Origin: the human T2T-CHM13v2.0 reference genome, Homo sapiens
Strand: one strand, 5' to 3'
Assembly: GCF_009914755.1 (NCBI RefSeq)
Contig: NC_060937.1
DNA: 64,000 nt
Of this stretch, positions 1 through 14,133 are shown in pieces. A model generated the notes under the pieces. The model saw only the letters and a list, made by a program, of their open reading frames with translations. It was not told the DNA's origin and made no database searches. Numbering within the stretch: position 1 is the stretch's first letter; each line of letters opens with the position of its first letter. The position numbers were made by a program, and so were the translations under genes.

Positions 1-800
1 AAATGGGGAAATAAAGCACTGATTTTTCTTGTATGAAATAAAGATGATAAAAATTCACTTTTGCACTCACCACCACAGATAGCTACTATTAGCATTGTTG
101 TATGCACTATAAATCTTTTAAATGTATAAAAATATGCATATGATTAAATTTCAATACTAGCTATACAATTCTACATTTGCTTTTTCACTAAACAGTATAA
201 GCTTTTCCAACCTTCCCTGCCATTACACATTCTTTGCAAACTTAATTGATAAGGGCTGCGTAGAATTCTATGATTTGGACAATTGAAATAGCAACCGGGG
301 TCACCCTACTTCCTAAGCTGTAGATAAGATTGGCTCAAAATCGCACATATAATAGACTGTAGAAAGTTCAATGCCCTCACTAGGATTTCTATAAATTACT
401 GGAGATGTTCTTTTTCTCACCATCAATCCTGGCTCTCTGTTCAGGCTTCCATTAAATTAGTTTTCTCTTAGAATCTTCTTACTATCTCACATAAAATTTC
501 CTTGTCTGTACCAGACTGACCTAGATATGAATTTTGGGTATTTTCCTTAATAAACATCACAGAAGACATTTGTGTGTGTGACTGAAGGTTTGGCGAGAAG
601 AAGGGGTTTACTTTGCTGCAATGCAAATAATCTGAAAACTAGCATTAGACATCACTCAATCCATTTTTTGGTTGAGGAATTTTTTAGAGGCTTCTATTTT
701 ATACTTTGTTCTCAGCACGTGTCTCCCTCTTTCCCCTGCTCTTCCTTTCCTGCATGTTTGTTCACTTTTCTGCCCCTTTTTTCTCCAGAGCTAAACTGAA

Positions 801-1022
801 TTATTATTTTTATTTATTATACTTTAAGTTTTAGGGTACATGTGCACAATGTGCAGGTTTGTTACGTGTGTATGCATGTGCCATGTTGGTGTGCTGCACC
901 CATTAACTCTTCATTTAACATTAGGTATATCTCCTAATGCTATCCCTCCCCCCTCCCCCCACCCCACAACAGGCCCTGGTGTGTGATGTTCCCCTTCCTG
1001 TGTCCATGTGTTCTCATTGTTC
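801..1022 (-). mobile_element. 5'-truncated L1PA (L1PA4-7-like) 3' UTR fragment
   Basis: TTATTATACTTTAAGTTTTAGGGTACATGTGCAC...CCCTCCCCCCTCCCCCCACCCC is the reverse complement of the L1PA 3' end. Confidence 0.9.
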
Positions 1023-1859
1023 TTTTACTTTTAGAAAACAGTGTGGCTTTCAGTAGTGTCTGTCCTTCAGCTGAGTTCTGGCTCTTTGATTCTCTTAGAA
1101 GAGAAATTTTCCATTTTCTCCTCTTAGTTACCATGGGGTAAGAGGTGGAGAGACTGATATTTTTCCATTTACAGAGGGATATCCTATAATTCCTCTAATG
1201 TTTGATATTTTCAATGTTTCCATTTTTGCTGATATAAATCTATGATAAATAAAACAATTTAATAATACAATAATTTATTTAATAATTCTGTGATAAATAT
1301 CTTTGTGGCTAAATTTACATCTATATTTGATGTCTTGTTCTAGATGTCTAGAATGACAATTTCTGAAGTCTGGACATTTTCTAAAGCGTGTCATACTTAT
1401 TGGCAACTTGTTTCTAGAAAAGCTATACCAATTTTTATTCCTATTAGCAGTGTACGTGGACACCTTTGTCTTCTCTGGTGCCTATAATTCTTTTTAATTT
1501 TTATCTACATGATATTTGAACATATATTCTCACTTTCTAATTTGCATTTCTTCAACTGCTAGTATAGTTGAATATTTTTTCTGTGTGATTGGAAGAAATG
1601 TGAATTTCTTTTTTTCTCAATTGGCCCTTAGTCTCCTGGAAGCTCTTTTTAAAAATTTAATTATTTTTCTTAAATTGATTTTAAGGGCTCTTTGCATATT
1701 TAGAGTACTAACCAGTTCCTCATCAACTATTTTATTTTTTTCGTCTGCTAAGTATCCTACAGTTTTAAAACCTGCAGATGCATAAGTGTTCTAAGTAGCA
1801 CTTTGAGAAGTTCACATTTCCTTTATGCTTCTGCCTTTGAGGTGTGGTAGGAAGCTTTC

Positions 1860-2003
1860 AAGAGGACCCTGAGGAACACCAGTAAGAACCACCAAGCTAA
1901 GCCCTTCCCAGGTCCTGACCTATAGAAACAGATAATACATATTTATTATTTTATGCTGCTAAATTTGGAAGCAATTTGTTATACATCAATAGATAACTAA
2001 AAC
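1860..2003 (+). mobile_element. MLT1-type MaLR LTR 3' fragment
   Basis: Ends ...GCTGCTAAATTTGGAAGCAATTTGTTATACATCAATAGATAACTAAAACA, typical of an MLT1 terminus. Confidence 0.6.
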
Positions 2004-2124
2004 AGTGGTTATCCTAAGCCTTTCAACCAAGTATTATGTAGAAAGTTACCCTCTATGTTATCCTAGTTATGTTATTGTTTAATTTTATCAGTTGAATGTT
2101 TAACCCATTTGCCATGTACTATTG

Positions 2125-2467
2125 TGATATGGTTTGGCTGAGTCCCCACCTAAATCTCATCTTGAATTCCCATGTGTTGTGGGAGGAACCTGTTGGCAGG
2201 TAATTGAATCATGGGGTTGGGTCTTTCCTGTGCTGTTTTCATGATAGTGAATAAGTCTCATGAGATCTGATGGTTTTAAAAATGGGAATTTCCCTGCACA
2301 AGCTCTTCTCTTGTCTGCTGCCATGTCCGACGTGCCTTTCATCTTCCGCCATTATTGTGAGGCCTCCCCAGCCACGTGGAACTATAAGTCCAATAAACCT
2401 CTTTCTTGCATAAATTGTCCAGTCTCAGGTATGTCTTTATCAGCAGCATGAAAATGGATTAATATAG
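2125..2467 (+). mobile_element. THE1 (THE1B-like) LTR
   Basis: Starts TGATATGGTTTGGCTG..CCCCACC, contains GAGATCTGATGGTTTTAAAAATGGG, ends CAGCAGCATGAAAATGGATTAATATA. Confidence 0.9.
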
Positions 2468-2769
2468 TAAACATGAGGCGAATTACATTAAAAAAAAGAT
2501 GTTTTTTCTTTATTTTGTAAAATGAGGATTACACATCTCTATCTTCCTTGTAGGAATTTGCATTGATCAAGAGAAAAGTTATTTGTGAAAATGCTTTGTA
2601 ATTATAATTTTGAAACACGTTATTGTGGTTATATACAATAAAAGAACCTTTCACATAAATGCTTTCATTTATCTATACTGTATTATTCATGCCTTCTTAT
2701 TTTCTATATTTTTAATTCTTTGGCATCTTGGGGCTCTGCTGACCTGGAAAGACTGCCTTTCTCAGGAGA

Positions 2770-3397
2770 TACAATGATGGTACAGGCGTTGAGTAAAAAT
2801 TTACATTCCAAAAGGGAGAAAGTGGCTAAAGGAAAGTATTTTGATCACAACCATTTAACTAGTCTCTAAGAAATTACAAACTTTCCTTCATCTTCCTGTT
2901 TTCTTCTGAGACCTGAAAACTCTTCCAAACTCTTCATGTTACCCAGTTCCAAACCATGTCCACATCTTCAGGTATCTTCAGAGCAATACCTCACTTTTTG
3001 GTAGCAATGTTCTGTGTTAGTTCATTTGCATTGCTATCCAGGAACAACTAAGACAAATTTTTAAAGAAATGAGGTTTATTTGGCTCACAATTCTTCAGGC
3101 TGTACAAGAAACATGGTGCCAGCATTGGCTTCTGCTGAGGACCTTGGGAAGCTTCCAGTCATGGTGGAATGTGAAGAGAGAGCAGGCACATCCCATGAAA
3201 AAAGAGGGAGCAAGAGAGATATCAGGCTCTTTAAACAACTAGCTGTTATGTGAACTCATTACTGTGGTGAGGACGCCAAACCATTCATGAATGATCTGCA
3301 CCTGTGACCCAAACACATCCCACCCAGCCCCACTTCCAACAGTGAGGATGATATTTCAACCTGAGATTTGGAGGGGACAAATATCCAAACCAAGTCA
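2770..3397 (-). mobile_element. MST-type MaLR LTR (~3013-3397) with partial internal sequence (~2770-3012)
   Basis: GGCTCACAATTCTTCAGGCTGTACAAGAAACATGGTGCCAGCATT and terminal GAGATTTGGAGGGGACAAATATCCAAACC resemble the MST reverse complement. Confidence 0.8.
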
Positions 3398-5082
3398 ATA
3401 TGTGTGTATGTGTATATATATTTATAAACTATATAGTTGCTTGTAATTTTAATAAAATTATATTTTGGACAGGGAATTTTGTTATTTTTTTTGTACCTTC
3501 AACGCCCATTATACTTTCTGATCAGATGAACAAATAGCTGAGGAAATAAAAGACAGTTTTTGTAGCACATGATATTTCTGTATAAATCTTCTTTGATGAG
3601 GACAGACCTTGTTTGTAAGCTGTGTTTCTTTAATTACATTACTTATGGACATCAAGTGATACTCACCAGATTTACAGTGTGGGTGTATGAGAAGAGCTTA
3701 CTGCTCTGCACTGAAATACCACCTTGCTATCATTGAATACCATTGCAGTTTTTCTCACTAAGATTTACAGTGATTCTTCTGCTGACAGTTGCCAGTCACA
3801 CCTTTTCAGCTTATCATGAAATAATACTTTCACCGTCATTACCATCTTTCAACATTTATGGATACGCAATGTGAAGATGGCACCTTGAAGGACAGTTTTT
3901 GGCTGAAGAGTCAATCAGCCAAATATAAAATATTCTTCCTACCATGATGAAGGCAATTTTCTAAAAACAAAAATGACCGCTGTGGTAAAATTTAAAACAG
4001 GAGATTAAAGAACAAACACATTTTTTAAAACCCTGACAAATTGCATTTCTCTCAAAAAGAAAAGAAACTACACATAATTATATATTTTCTACCACTCTTC
4101 TAACCATATAGAAAATTCTCCTCTTATATAACTTTAATACAGGAAAAAGGAGGTGAAATCAAAGTTAGATTAAAAGATAAGGAAGGACTGAGATTGTAGT
4201 TAAATGGCAGCCAGGAAACAGATGAAGTTGAATGAAGTCTAAATGAAGAGTGACAGGAGAGAAATGCATGCAATGAGTGAAGAGCAGCTGCTCCTCCAGC
4301 CATCAATTGGGACGTGGGCTCAGAGCAATGAGCCAAGACCTAGCACAAATCTAACTTACTCTTGGGCTGCCAAGGGAGAACATAACCAGAAAGCAGCACC
4401 CAGCCAGGTGGTGCCATTGCAGGTTTGTCTTGCAGGGAAATGAACTGGAGCTTGTGTAGCAGGAGTTAGCAGATGCTTCTGAACCTTTTTGGGTTACAAC
4501 TGCACCACTTTGCCAACTCCTGCATTTGCTGATGCACAGTGTCCTGGTATAATAGTGCAAGACGAAGTATCATAGCACTTTTTCTAAGGCAGTGGTGAGA
4601 TGGTGGAAAGAGCTTTCAAATCAGAAAAACAGCCATTAATGTGAATTTGTAATTGCCTTTCTAGCAGCTGAATTGTTCTGAGTACTCACTGACCTCTTTG
4701 AAAGACTTGGTTTTATCGGTAAAATGAGATCAATAATAGCAATTCATAGCTCACACACTAAACAAGGTTGCTGTGAAATTCTCCAAGGTAACATTTGATA
4801 CTGAAATCTGTAAATTGAAAAGAAGTTGGGAACTACGCAAGCCTATGGAGAGGGAAGCTCCAGAGATCAACTTGGCATTGTGGAAAATGCAATGAGAGAT
4901 GCTGGTGCCTGGCACCACCCCCCAGCTGCCAAATCAGAATCTGTATCTAACAAAATCCCCGGGTGATTCATATGCACATGAAAGGATAAGAAATGATCTT
5001 TTAAGTCACGTTGGTGAATGCAAGAAACTCAACTTACTTTTCATACTCAAGGGAACTCCTTAAGTAAAGTTTATGTACTAGT

Positions 5083-7310
5083 TGAAATGGTTTGGCTCTG
5101 TGTCCTCACCCAAACCTCATCTCAAATTGTAATTCCACGTGTCGAGGAAGGGACCAGTAATCCCCACATGTTGAAGGAGGGAGGTGATTGGATCATAGGA
5201 GCAGTTTCCCCCATGCTGTTTTTCCTTACAAGATCTTCTTACAAGATCTGATGTTTTTATAAGTATTTGGAAGTTCCTCCTTTGCTCTTCTCTCTCCTGA
5301 TGCCTTGTGATGAAGGTGGCTCCTTTCTGTTCCACCATGATTTTAAGTTTCCTGAGACCTCCCCAGCCATGTGGAACTGTGACTCAATTAAACCTCTTTC
5401 CTTTGTAAATTACTAGTCTCAGGAAAATTCTTTATAGCAGTGTGAAAATGGACTAATACAATAAATTTGTACCAGGAGTGGGGCACTGCTATAAAGATAA
5501 CCTGAAAATGTGGGAGCAACTTTGGAACTGGGTAACAGGCAGAGGTTGGAACAACTTGGAGGGCTCAGAAGAAGACAGACAGACGTGGGAAAGCTTGGAA
5601 CTTCCTAGAGACTTGTTGAATGGCTTTGACCAAAATGCTGATAATGATGTAAACAAAAAAATTCAGGCTGAGATGGTCTCAGATGGAGATAAGGAGCGTC
5701 TTGGGAACTGGAGCAAAGATTACTCTTGCTTCGCTTGAGCAAAGAGACTGATGACATTTTGCCCCTGTCCTAGAGATCTACAGAACTTTGAACTCAAGAA
5801 AGCTGATCTGAAATGGCAACTTATGTTTAAAAGGGAAGCAGAGCATAAACATTTGGAAAATTTGCAGCCTAATGATAACGATAGAAAAAAAATTTCTGGG
5901 GAGAAATTCAAGGAGGCTGCAGAAATTTGCATAAGTAACGAGGAGCCGAATGTTACTAGCCAAGACAATGGAGAAAATGTCTCCAGGGCATGTCAGAGAT
6001 CTTGGTAGCAGCCCCTCCCATCATAGGCCTGAGGCCTAGGAGGAAAAAATGGTTTCATGGGCCAGGCCCAGGGCCCTGCTGCTGTGTGCAGCCTTGGGAC
6101 TTGGTGCCCTGCATCCCAGTCACTCCAACTCCAGCCATGGCTAAAAGGGGACAATGTACAGCTCAAGCCATTGCTTCAGAAGCTGCAAGCCACAAGACTT
6201 GGCAGCTTCCACATGGTGTTGAGCCTGCAGGTGCACAGAAGTCAAGAACTGAGGTTTGGGAACCTCCATCTAGATTTCATAGGATGTATGGAAACACCTA
6301 GATGTCTAGGCAGAAGTCTGTTGCAGGGGTAGAGCCCTTATGCAGAACCTCTGCTAGGGAAGTGTGGAAGGGAAATGTGAGGCTGGGGCCCCCACACAGA
6401 GTCCCTACTGGGCCACTGCTTAGCAGAGCTATGAGAAGAGGGCCACCATCCTCCAGAACCCAGAATGGTAGATCCACCAATAGCGTGCACTGCCTGGAAA
6501 AGCCACAAGCACTCAATGCCAGCCTGTGAAGGAGCTGCCCAAGGCCATGGGCATCCGCTCCTTGCATCGGCATGCCTGGGATGTGAGACATGGAGTCAAA
6601 GGAGATTATTTTGGAGCTTTAAGATTTAATGACTGTCACTGGATTTTGCTCCTACATGGGGCCTGTAGCCTCTTTGTTTTGGCAAATTTCTCCCATTTGG
6701 GATGGGAGCATTTAACCAATGCCTGCACCCCCATTGCATCTAGGAAGTAACTAACTTGCTTTTGATTTTACACGCTCATAGGTGGAAGGGACTTGCCTTG
6801 TCTCTGATGAGACTTTAGACTATGGACTTTTGAGTTAATGCTGAAATGAGTTAAGACTTTGAGGAGACTGTTAAGAAGGGATGATTGGTTTTCAAATGTG
6901 AAAAGACATGAGATTTGGGAGGGTTCAGGGCAGAATGACATGGTTTGGTTCTGTGTTGTCACCCAAACCTCATCTCGAATTCTAATCCTCACATGTTGAG
7001 AGGGGACCTGTAATCCCCACATGTAGAGGGATGGAGGTGATTGGATCATGGGGGCAGTTTCCCCCATGCTGTTCTAGTGAGTTTTCATGAGATCTGATGG
7101 TTTTATAAGTGTTTGGAAGTTCTTCTTTGCTCTTCTCTCTCTCTCTCGTTGCCTTGTGAAGAAGGTGGCTGCTTCCCCTTCTGCCAGGATTGTAAGTTTC
7201 CTGGGCACTCCCAAGCCATGTGGAGCTGTGAGTTGATTAAACCTCTTTCCTTTATAAATTACCCAGTCTCAGGGAAGTTCTTTATAGCAGTGTGAAAATG
7301 GACAAATATA
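5083..7310 (+). mobile_element. Full-length THE1D-like MaLR: 5' LTR 5083-5460, internal 5461-6935, 3' LTR 6936-7310
   Basis: Two similar LTRs flank THE1-int-like sequence; perfect 5-bp TSD CTAGT at 5078-5082 and 7311-7315. Confidence 0.93.
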
Positions 7311-8115
7311 CTAGTTATTTGTCTCAATGCACTAAGACCTACTTACCTCTGATCAAAATTCAGAAGAAAATTTTTTCAATGTAAACTAAAAACATAAATG
7401 ACATGCTCAGGATAAAAATATAACATCCCAAATTCAGGAGAGTTAAATGAAAACATTATATGCAATCATGAAATCTGAATTTGAGTCCTAAATGTTTTCC
7501 TCACCGGATTTGGGAAAGAGCTATGTTCAGTAATCTCAAACATTAAATTGAAGTAATGAAATTAATGGTTTCCAAGAACTTTAAGATTACAAGAACTATT
7601 TTATATAGAAGTTATTTTAAGCTATATAGCAATTTACAAATGTTAATTATTTCTGTTTAATTGTTTCTTAAAAGGTTTAACATCTTCTACACCAGAGTAT
7701 CATGACAGGTAAAATTAGCTACAATCCTTCTGTAAACACTGCCACTTTGACAACCTGGTTATGTGTGCCTATAAATAAAATGCTTCATTGGAAAATATTT
7801 TTCACAGACCAAAATAACAAGAAAAGAAAGTGTGCCATTGCCACAGCAAGTAGCACACATTTATCTTGTGAAAGATGCAAATGTTGAGATATATGCTTAC
7901 ATTCACTTTTACTGTTGATCATTTCTAAAACAACTGTGAGGTCCAAATTTAGTGGCCATCTATGCTTATTATATTTTAAATCAGTCATTTATTATAGATG
8001 CCATTTTGTAAGACTGCAATACATATGCTATGTATCAATTAATTCTCTCATCTTAATGTTCTGCCTCCTCTATTTGTCTTTTGCTTTCATTTCCATACCT
8101 ATGCACCTCTTTCTA

Positions 8116-8353
8116 CAGCTGCTCTTTGAACAACAAAAGTTTTGAACTGTGTAGGTCAACTTATATACAGATTGTTTGCAATCAAATGAAGCTTGAAAAT
8201 ACAGTATTCATGGGATACAAAACCTGCCTATACCAAGGGCAGACTCTTCAGATACACAGGTTTCACATGGCTGACGTGGGGACTTGCGTATGGACAGATC
8301 TTGGTGTACTCAGGGATCCTGGAACCAATTCTGTGTATAACAAAGGACAACTG
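8116..8353. mobile_element. MER8/Tigger2-derived MITE
   Basis: CAGCTGCTCTTTGAACAACAAAAGTTTTGAACTG...GGACAACTG termini, 238 bp, preceded by TA. Confidence 0.75.
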
Positions 8354-9909
8354 CACTTTATATTTCTCCTCGTAAGCTGTCTTATATTCTTTCAGAAAGA
8401 AAAGAATTAAAAATAGATACTGTGGAATGCTGTTCAGAAGCAAATTCTGTTTGAAATGTACATTATATACCTGTATATACATGATATATATGTATATGTA
8501 TAATTTATATTTTAAGATTTAAAAATGCATTTTATGGTGGAACCAAATTTAAGAATGTTAAGTAACAATCACATATAACAATTGTACTCGGTATTGTTAG
8601 AAAGACAAGATGTCATTTTTAAAAATTGCAGTTTTGAACATTGTGTTTTCAGAGACCAATGATATTTTTGTTTTTACTCTTAGTAATTTTTTAAAATACA
8701 GGAATAAGAACAACCACCTGAAAATTTAATGGCTAACATAAACCACTTTGGCCTCTAGAGGTTTATTTGAAATGGCAACTCATTTTTTTAGGCAAATATA
8801 TTCTGGTACAAAGAAATTTCTAAAATGCCCAGAGGTGATGCATTTAGGAAGCTGATTTGAAACAAGGCAAAAAGATTAATTGCAGAGATTTCAACTTGAG
8901 ATAAATGGAGTCAAAGTGGCAAACTGGCATTCGCATTTAAGATGTAGACTGACTGAAGAGGGATCTGATCTTCATTGGTAATTCACCTTCTAGTGCCTCG
9001 GTCTTCAGGCAGAAGGTGGCTCTCCAAGATTCATAGGGGTGGAAGTGCTTCCATGAGGAGCATCTATTTACCCTATTCTCTTGACTGAGAATAAACTAGT
9101 AAATTACAAAATCAGAAAGGCTGGTGTGGGGAATCTCCATTCTTTATTTGGCTTCCTTCCATCCTGGCATTGTATCTTGTCTCTTCCATAACCCATAAGT
9201 GTATCTCATGACTTTCTAGCAAATGGAAAATATGCTGTATCATCATTTCAACAGACTAAAAACGCATTCTCTGTCCTAGGTCAGCTCCACCTCTCTCAGA
9301 TATTTTTATTTTTAAATATTTCCATGTCTATAAAGAAAGAATTTGTTGCTAAAAATTTCAGATAATATAAAAGTTAGATTTTTTTCCTAATAGAAAGAGG
9401 ATGATATTCTTACTTAAGATATACTTAAGCCCTGGCCCGACATTGAACCTGCTTCTTTATTTTCATGGCTCCATAAGGGGAAAGCAGAATCAAAACGGTG
9501 TGCAACTGGCCACAACAGGCCTGGGGCTTTACTTCTCCTTCTTCTGCCTTGAAATGATCCACTCACTTCAGTTCTCCCAGACCCTCCTCAAATACTTAGT
9601 TTCAGAATCAGTTCTCAGAGTGGCCTTTCCTTTATCTGGAGCCTTAGCATCCCATCTGTGCCATGTGGCAATTATGCTGTCATTTCCCAGCACGCTATTT
9701 CTGCCCTCTTGGTGCCCACAGTTTCTGAGATACATGACATGGCCACAGAGACCAGGAACAATAGCTTAAGTATCTATCACTGTTTGGGGGGTCTTGAGAG
9801 AAGATTGTGTAGACGCTTGCAGATCAGTATCTATGATCATCTAAGACTCTAAGATCAAGATAGAGGTAGGTTTGGGACAGGAGAAGACATGATATTGAAG
9901 AATAAATAG

Positions 9910-10726
<817 letters not shown>

Positions 10727-11779
10727 GAATATCTAAAACCTTTTTTTTAATGTCTAGTGGTGATAATTTTAAATACAAGACTGTAGCTATTATAAAAAAT
10801 ATATCCTATTTAACTCGTTTATAAATATAAGATTTTTTTTAAAACAGAAAAATTAAAACTGCTTTGGTTGTTAGAAAACACTGTTAATGACAACAATGTA
10901 AAACAATGACTTACCTTTCTGATCTAATTAGTACAAAGCATAATACTAATTACATAAATCATTAGATACATCAGATTCAGCTGGCTGAAGGTGTTCATTG
11001 CAATAACAAAGTCAATATACCATATATCAATCCTCAAGAATTGTGAAATTGTAATAGAGCTGCGTGCTCACTTATCCTAGTTTTCTAACCATACCTGTAA
11101 AAATATGTAGCTAGCACTAATGAGAAATGGAAAAGCATCTTGCTGTCTAGTGTAGGCTGGCAATAGAATAACAGTCAAGGTGCTAGTGTCAGAGCAGAAA
11201 TGACACAGAGAGTTAGAACTTAAGCAGAAAGAATAATGTTGGAGACAGAATCAGTTTCAATATGATGGATTGATCTAGGGAGGAAGTTTTACTACAAATG
11301 AAGACAGGGCTCAGAGACTTAGGCTTGGGAAATGAATTTCATTTTAAATCAGGGTGTAAAAATTCTACTTTTATGAAAAGTTACTGATAACTGGGAGAGT
11401 AATTAAACTGGAATCAAAGTCCACATAGCCATAAAGCCTACGTGGGACTAAGCCTAAAGTAATAAGACCCAGGAGACTCCTACGTGGAACACAACAAGGA
11501 TCCAGGGAGGAAAAGCAGCCAGTGCTGCTTGTGTGAAACGCATCCTAACTTCAGAGCTCCTGTAATAAAAGTACCGTGGGGATATCATGGCTGTAAAAGT
11601 TTGATGCTCACACTAGGAAAGTAACCTGACATTTGTTTGATAAAGTGACGAGCTGCTCAGTCATTAATCCTTTGATACAGCTGAAGTAGTTTTTATTTTT
11701 ATGTAAAAGTATTCCACATTTTGTAGCACTGCTAAATTACATTCTTCCGACAATAGAATTTAGCAGAAATATGTTTCCC

Positions 11780-11910
11780 TTTTTTCTTTTCTTTTCTTTC
11801 CTTTTCTTTTTCCTTTCCTTTCCGTTCTGTTCTGTTCCATTCCATTCTTTCTTTTTTTTCAGAGACAGTCTTTCCCTGTCTCCAAGGCTGGAGTGCATGG
11901 CACATTCATA
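11780..11910 (-). repeat. (CTTTT/CCTTT)n tract plus short Alu 3' remnant
   Basis: Pyrimidine pentamer repeats followed by AGAGACAGTC...AGGCTGGAGTGCA. Confidence 0.7.
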
Positions 11911-12879
11911 ATCTTCTTTCCTTCAGGGGTTTTCAAGACCATTAGTCATTGCTTTATACTGATATTAGAAACTGATATGAGTGAGTGAACAATGATAATT
12001 GGTAATTACATTAAAGATAAAACATATTCAAAGTGAAGCAATTATGCTCTAGAAAGTAAGAATATTTTAAAACTGAAAATGTTCCAGATCATTCTTATGC
12101 TTTTAAAATTGTAAACATGAAAAACTCATAGATTTATAAATAGATTTCACACTACATATGTGGACTCAATAACTGCTGCACAATATTTAAAGTTTTCTAA
12201 ACCACATCTTACTTGTCCATAAGCTTGGCATATACAAATGACATTAGTGTATCCATGGTAACCAGACAAATTAAAGAGGTGAATAGCTTAAAATCAGAGT
12301 GAAACTGAAAAGGTGAAAAAACATGTATCTTACTATAAAGCCTGTAAAGTAGTACCCAGTACTTTTGTGAAGAAGCGAAGATAAATTTTTATAATTTAGG
12401 AGAAAATGGAAACTTTACAAATGTTGAACCTTGGGGTTCAGAGAATTTGAAAGCATCTTTTTATCTCCTACTCATATATGGCACAGTCTTTGAAATGACT
12501 TATTAAAAAAATTCAAAATTGTCTAAACTTTGGGTGATTGTCTACTATGAAGGAAAATATTAATTTCAGATTAGTTTGAACTGAAATTTAGAATGCCTCT
12601 TAACTGATTATTTATAAGATGATTGTTGAAAATCTTATAATTTACTCTGGGTATTTTCCTATGAGATACACTTGAAGTAATTCTTTTTAAATTACATATA
12701 TGTATATATATATATGAATTTCTTCGCTCATTTTGCTTTATACAAAGTTTTCACATTTGAATCAATTTCCCTTATTTCCCTTAATATCTTTGAAATAGCC
12801 ATGGGTGGTTAGTGATTTTTTAAATAAATTCTTACAAGTAATTTGATGATAGTATTAAAGAATACGTAAGCAAAGATTT

Positions 12880-14130
12880 TCACTTCTGGTCAAGAAAGAG
12901 TTATACAGAGCAAATTTACTCATTGCCTAAAGTACTAAAAAGCCAGACAAAATGTATATATCGGCTGTTTTCAAGATGGTGAACATCAGCAGTGAAATGC
13001 AGTGATCCCTGAGAGGTGAGGAACAAACAAGGTCAGTCCTACAATTACCCAGATTAACCAGTGTATACTTTGTTCTCACACTGCTGATAAAGACATACCT
13101 GAGATTGGGTAATTTATGAAAAAGGTTTAATTGACTTACAGTTTTGCAGGGCTGGGTAGGCCTCAGAAAACTTACAATCATGGCACAAGGGCAAGCAAAC
13201 ACCTCCTTCTTCACATGGTGGCTGCAAGGAGAAGTGCAGAGCGAAGTGGGGGAAATGCCCCTTATAAAACCATCAGGTCTCATGAGAACTTACTCACTAT
13301 CATGAGAACAGAGCATGGAGGTAACTAACCCCATGATTCAATCACTTCCCACCGGGCCCCTCCCACAACTTGTAGGAATTATGGGAACTACAGTTCAAGA
13401 TGAGATTTGGGTGGGGACACAGCTAAACCATGTTGCTAGGATTACTGCCCAGGGAAAATTTCCAGAGGCAGCAGTACAGGGAAGGGGAACTCAGGTGGAT
13501 GTGGGTCGACTACGGAAATGAAGAGATTGGCTAAGAATCTGAGAATGCCAACTCAGCTGGAGTTCACAGGCTGAGTGCCAGAGATGAGACAGCTGCACAG
13601 AGAGACAACTTCGGATATCTGCAGATGATCTTCCTCAAGCCCTCACATGAAATCCAATCAACCTATGCATATGAGGAAAATGTCTGAGGCTGGGAAAATA
13701 ACTACACAAATTATAGTGAAAACTCAGTGAAATTCACACAGAGCTAGGAATAATGTCTGTTTCCACAAGCCAGAGTGGGAAATCTTTTAATTATTGGGGT
13801 ACTAAGTAGAGTAATCCCAGGAGTTTTAGTTCAAATGTGGATAAGTTAGACCGAGACTAAACATTTTTCTTTTTCAAACTCACATCTCAAAAGCAAGACC
13901 CCAAAAGATTAATCTATTTTTAAGAAACCTAAGTGTGTCATAAAACAAAGCTTAAGAATATTTATAGGAACATCCAGCAATCATAAAGGAAAATCACAAT
14001 ATCTAGCATTCAATCAAAAACAACCAAGCATGCAAAGAAACAAAAAAGATGCCCATAATCAGAAGACAATCAATCAATTGAATCCAACCAAGATGATAGA
14101 GTTTGTAGACAAGTATACACCAGTAGTTAT
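12880..14130 (+). mobile_element. Ancient L1M 5' region, interrupted by a THE1 LTR
   Basis: A-rich sequence resembling L1M 5'UTR/ORF1 start; heavily diverged. Confidence 0.5.
13062..13433 (-). mobile_element. THE1 (THE1C-like) solo LTR
   Basis: CTGCTGATAAAGACATACCTGAG...GAGATTTGGGTGGGGACACAGCTAAACCATG. Confidence 0.9.
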
Positions 14131-14133
14131 AAG

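Noticed and set aside
5478-6750. Cluster of ORFs in the THE1 internal region
   Set aside because: Fragmented MaLR internal sequence, not an intact gene
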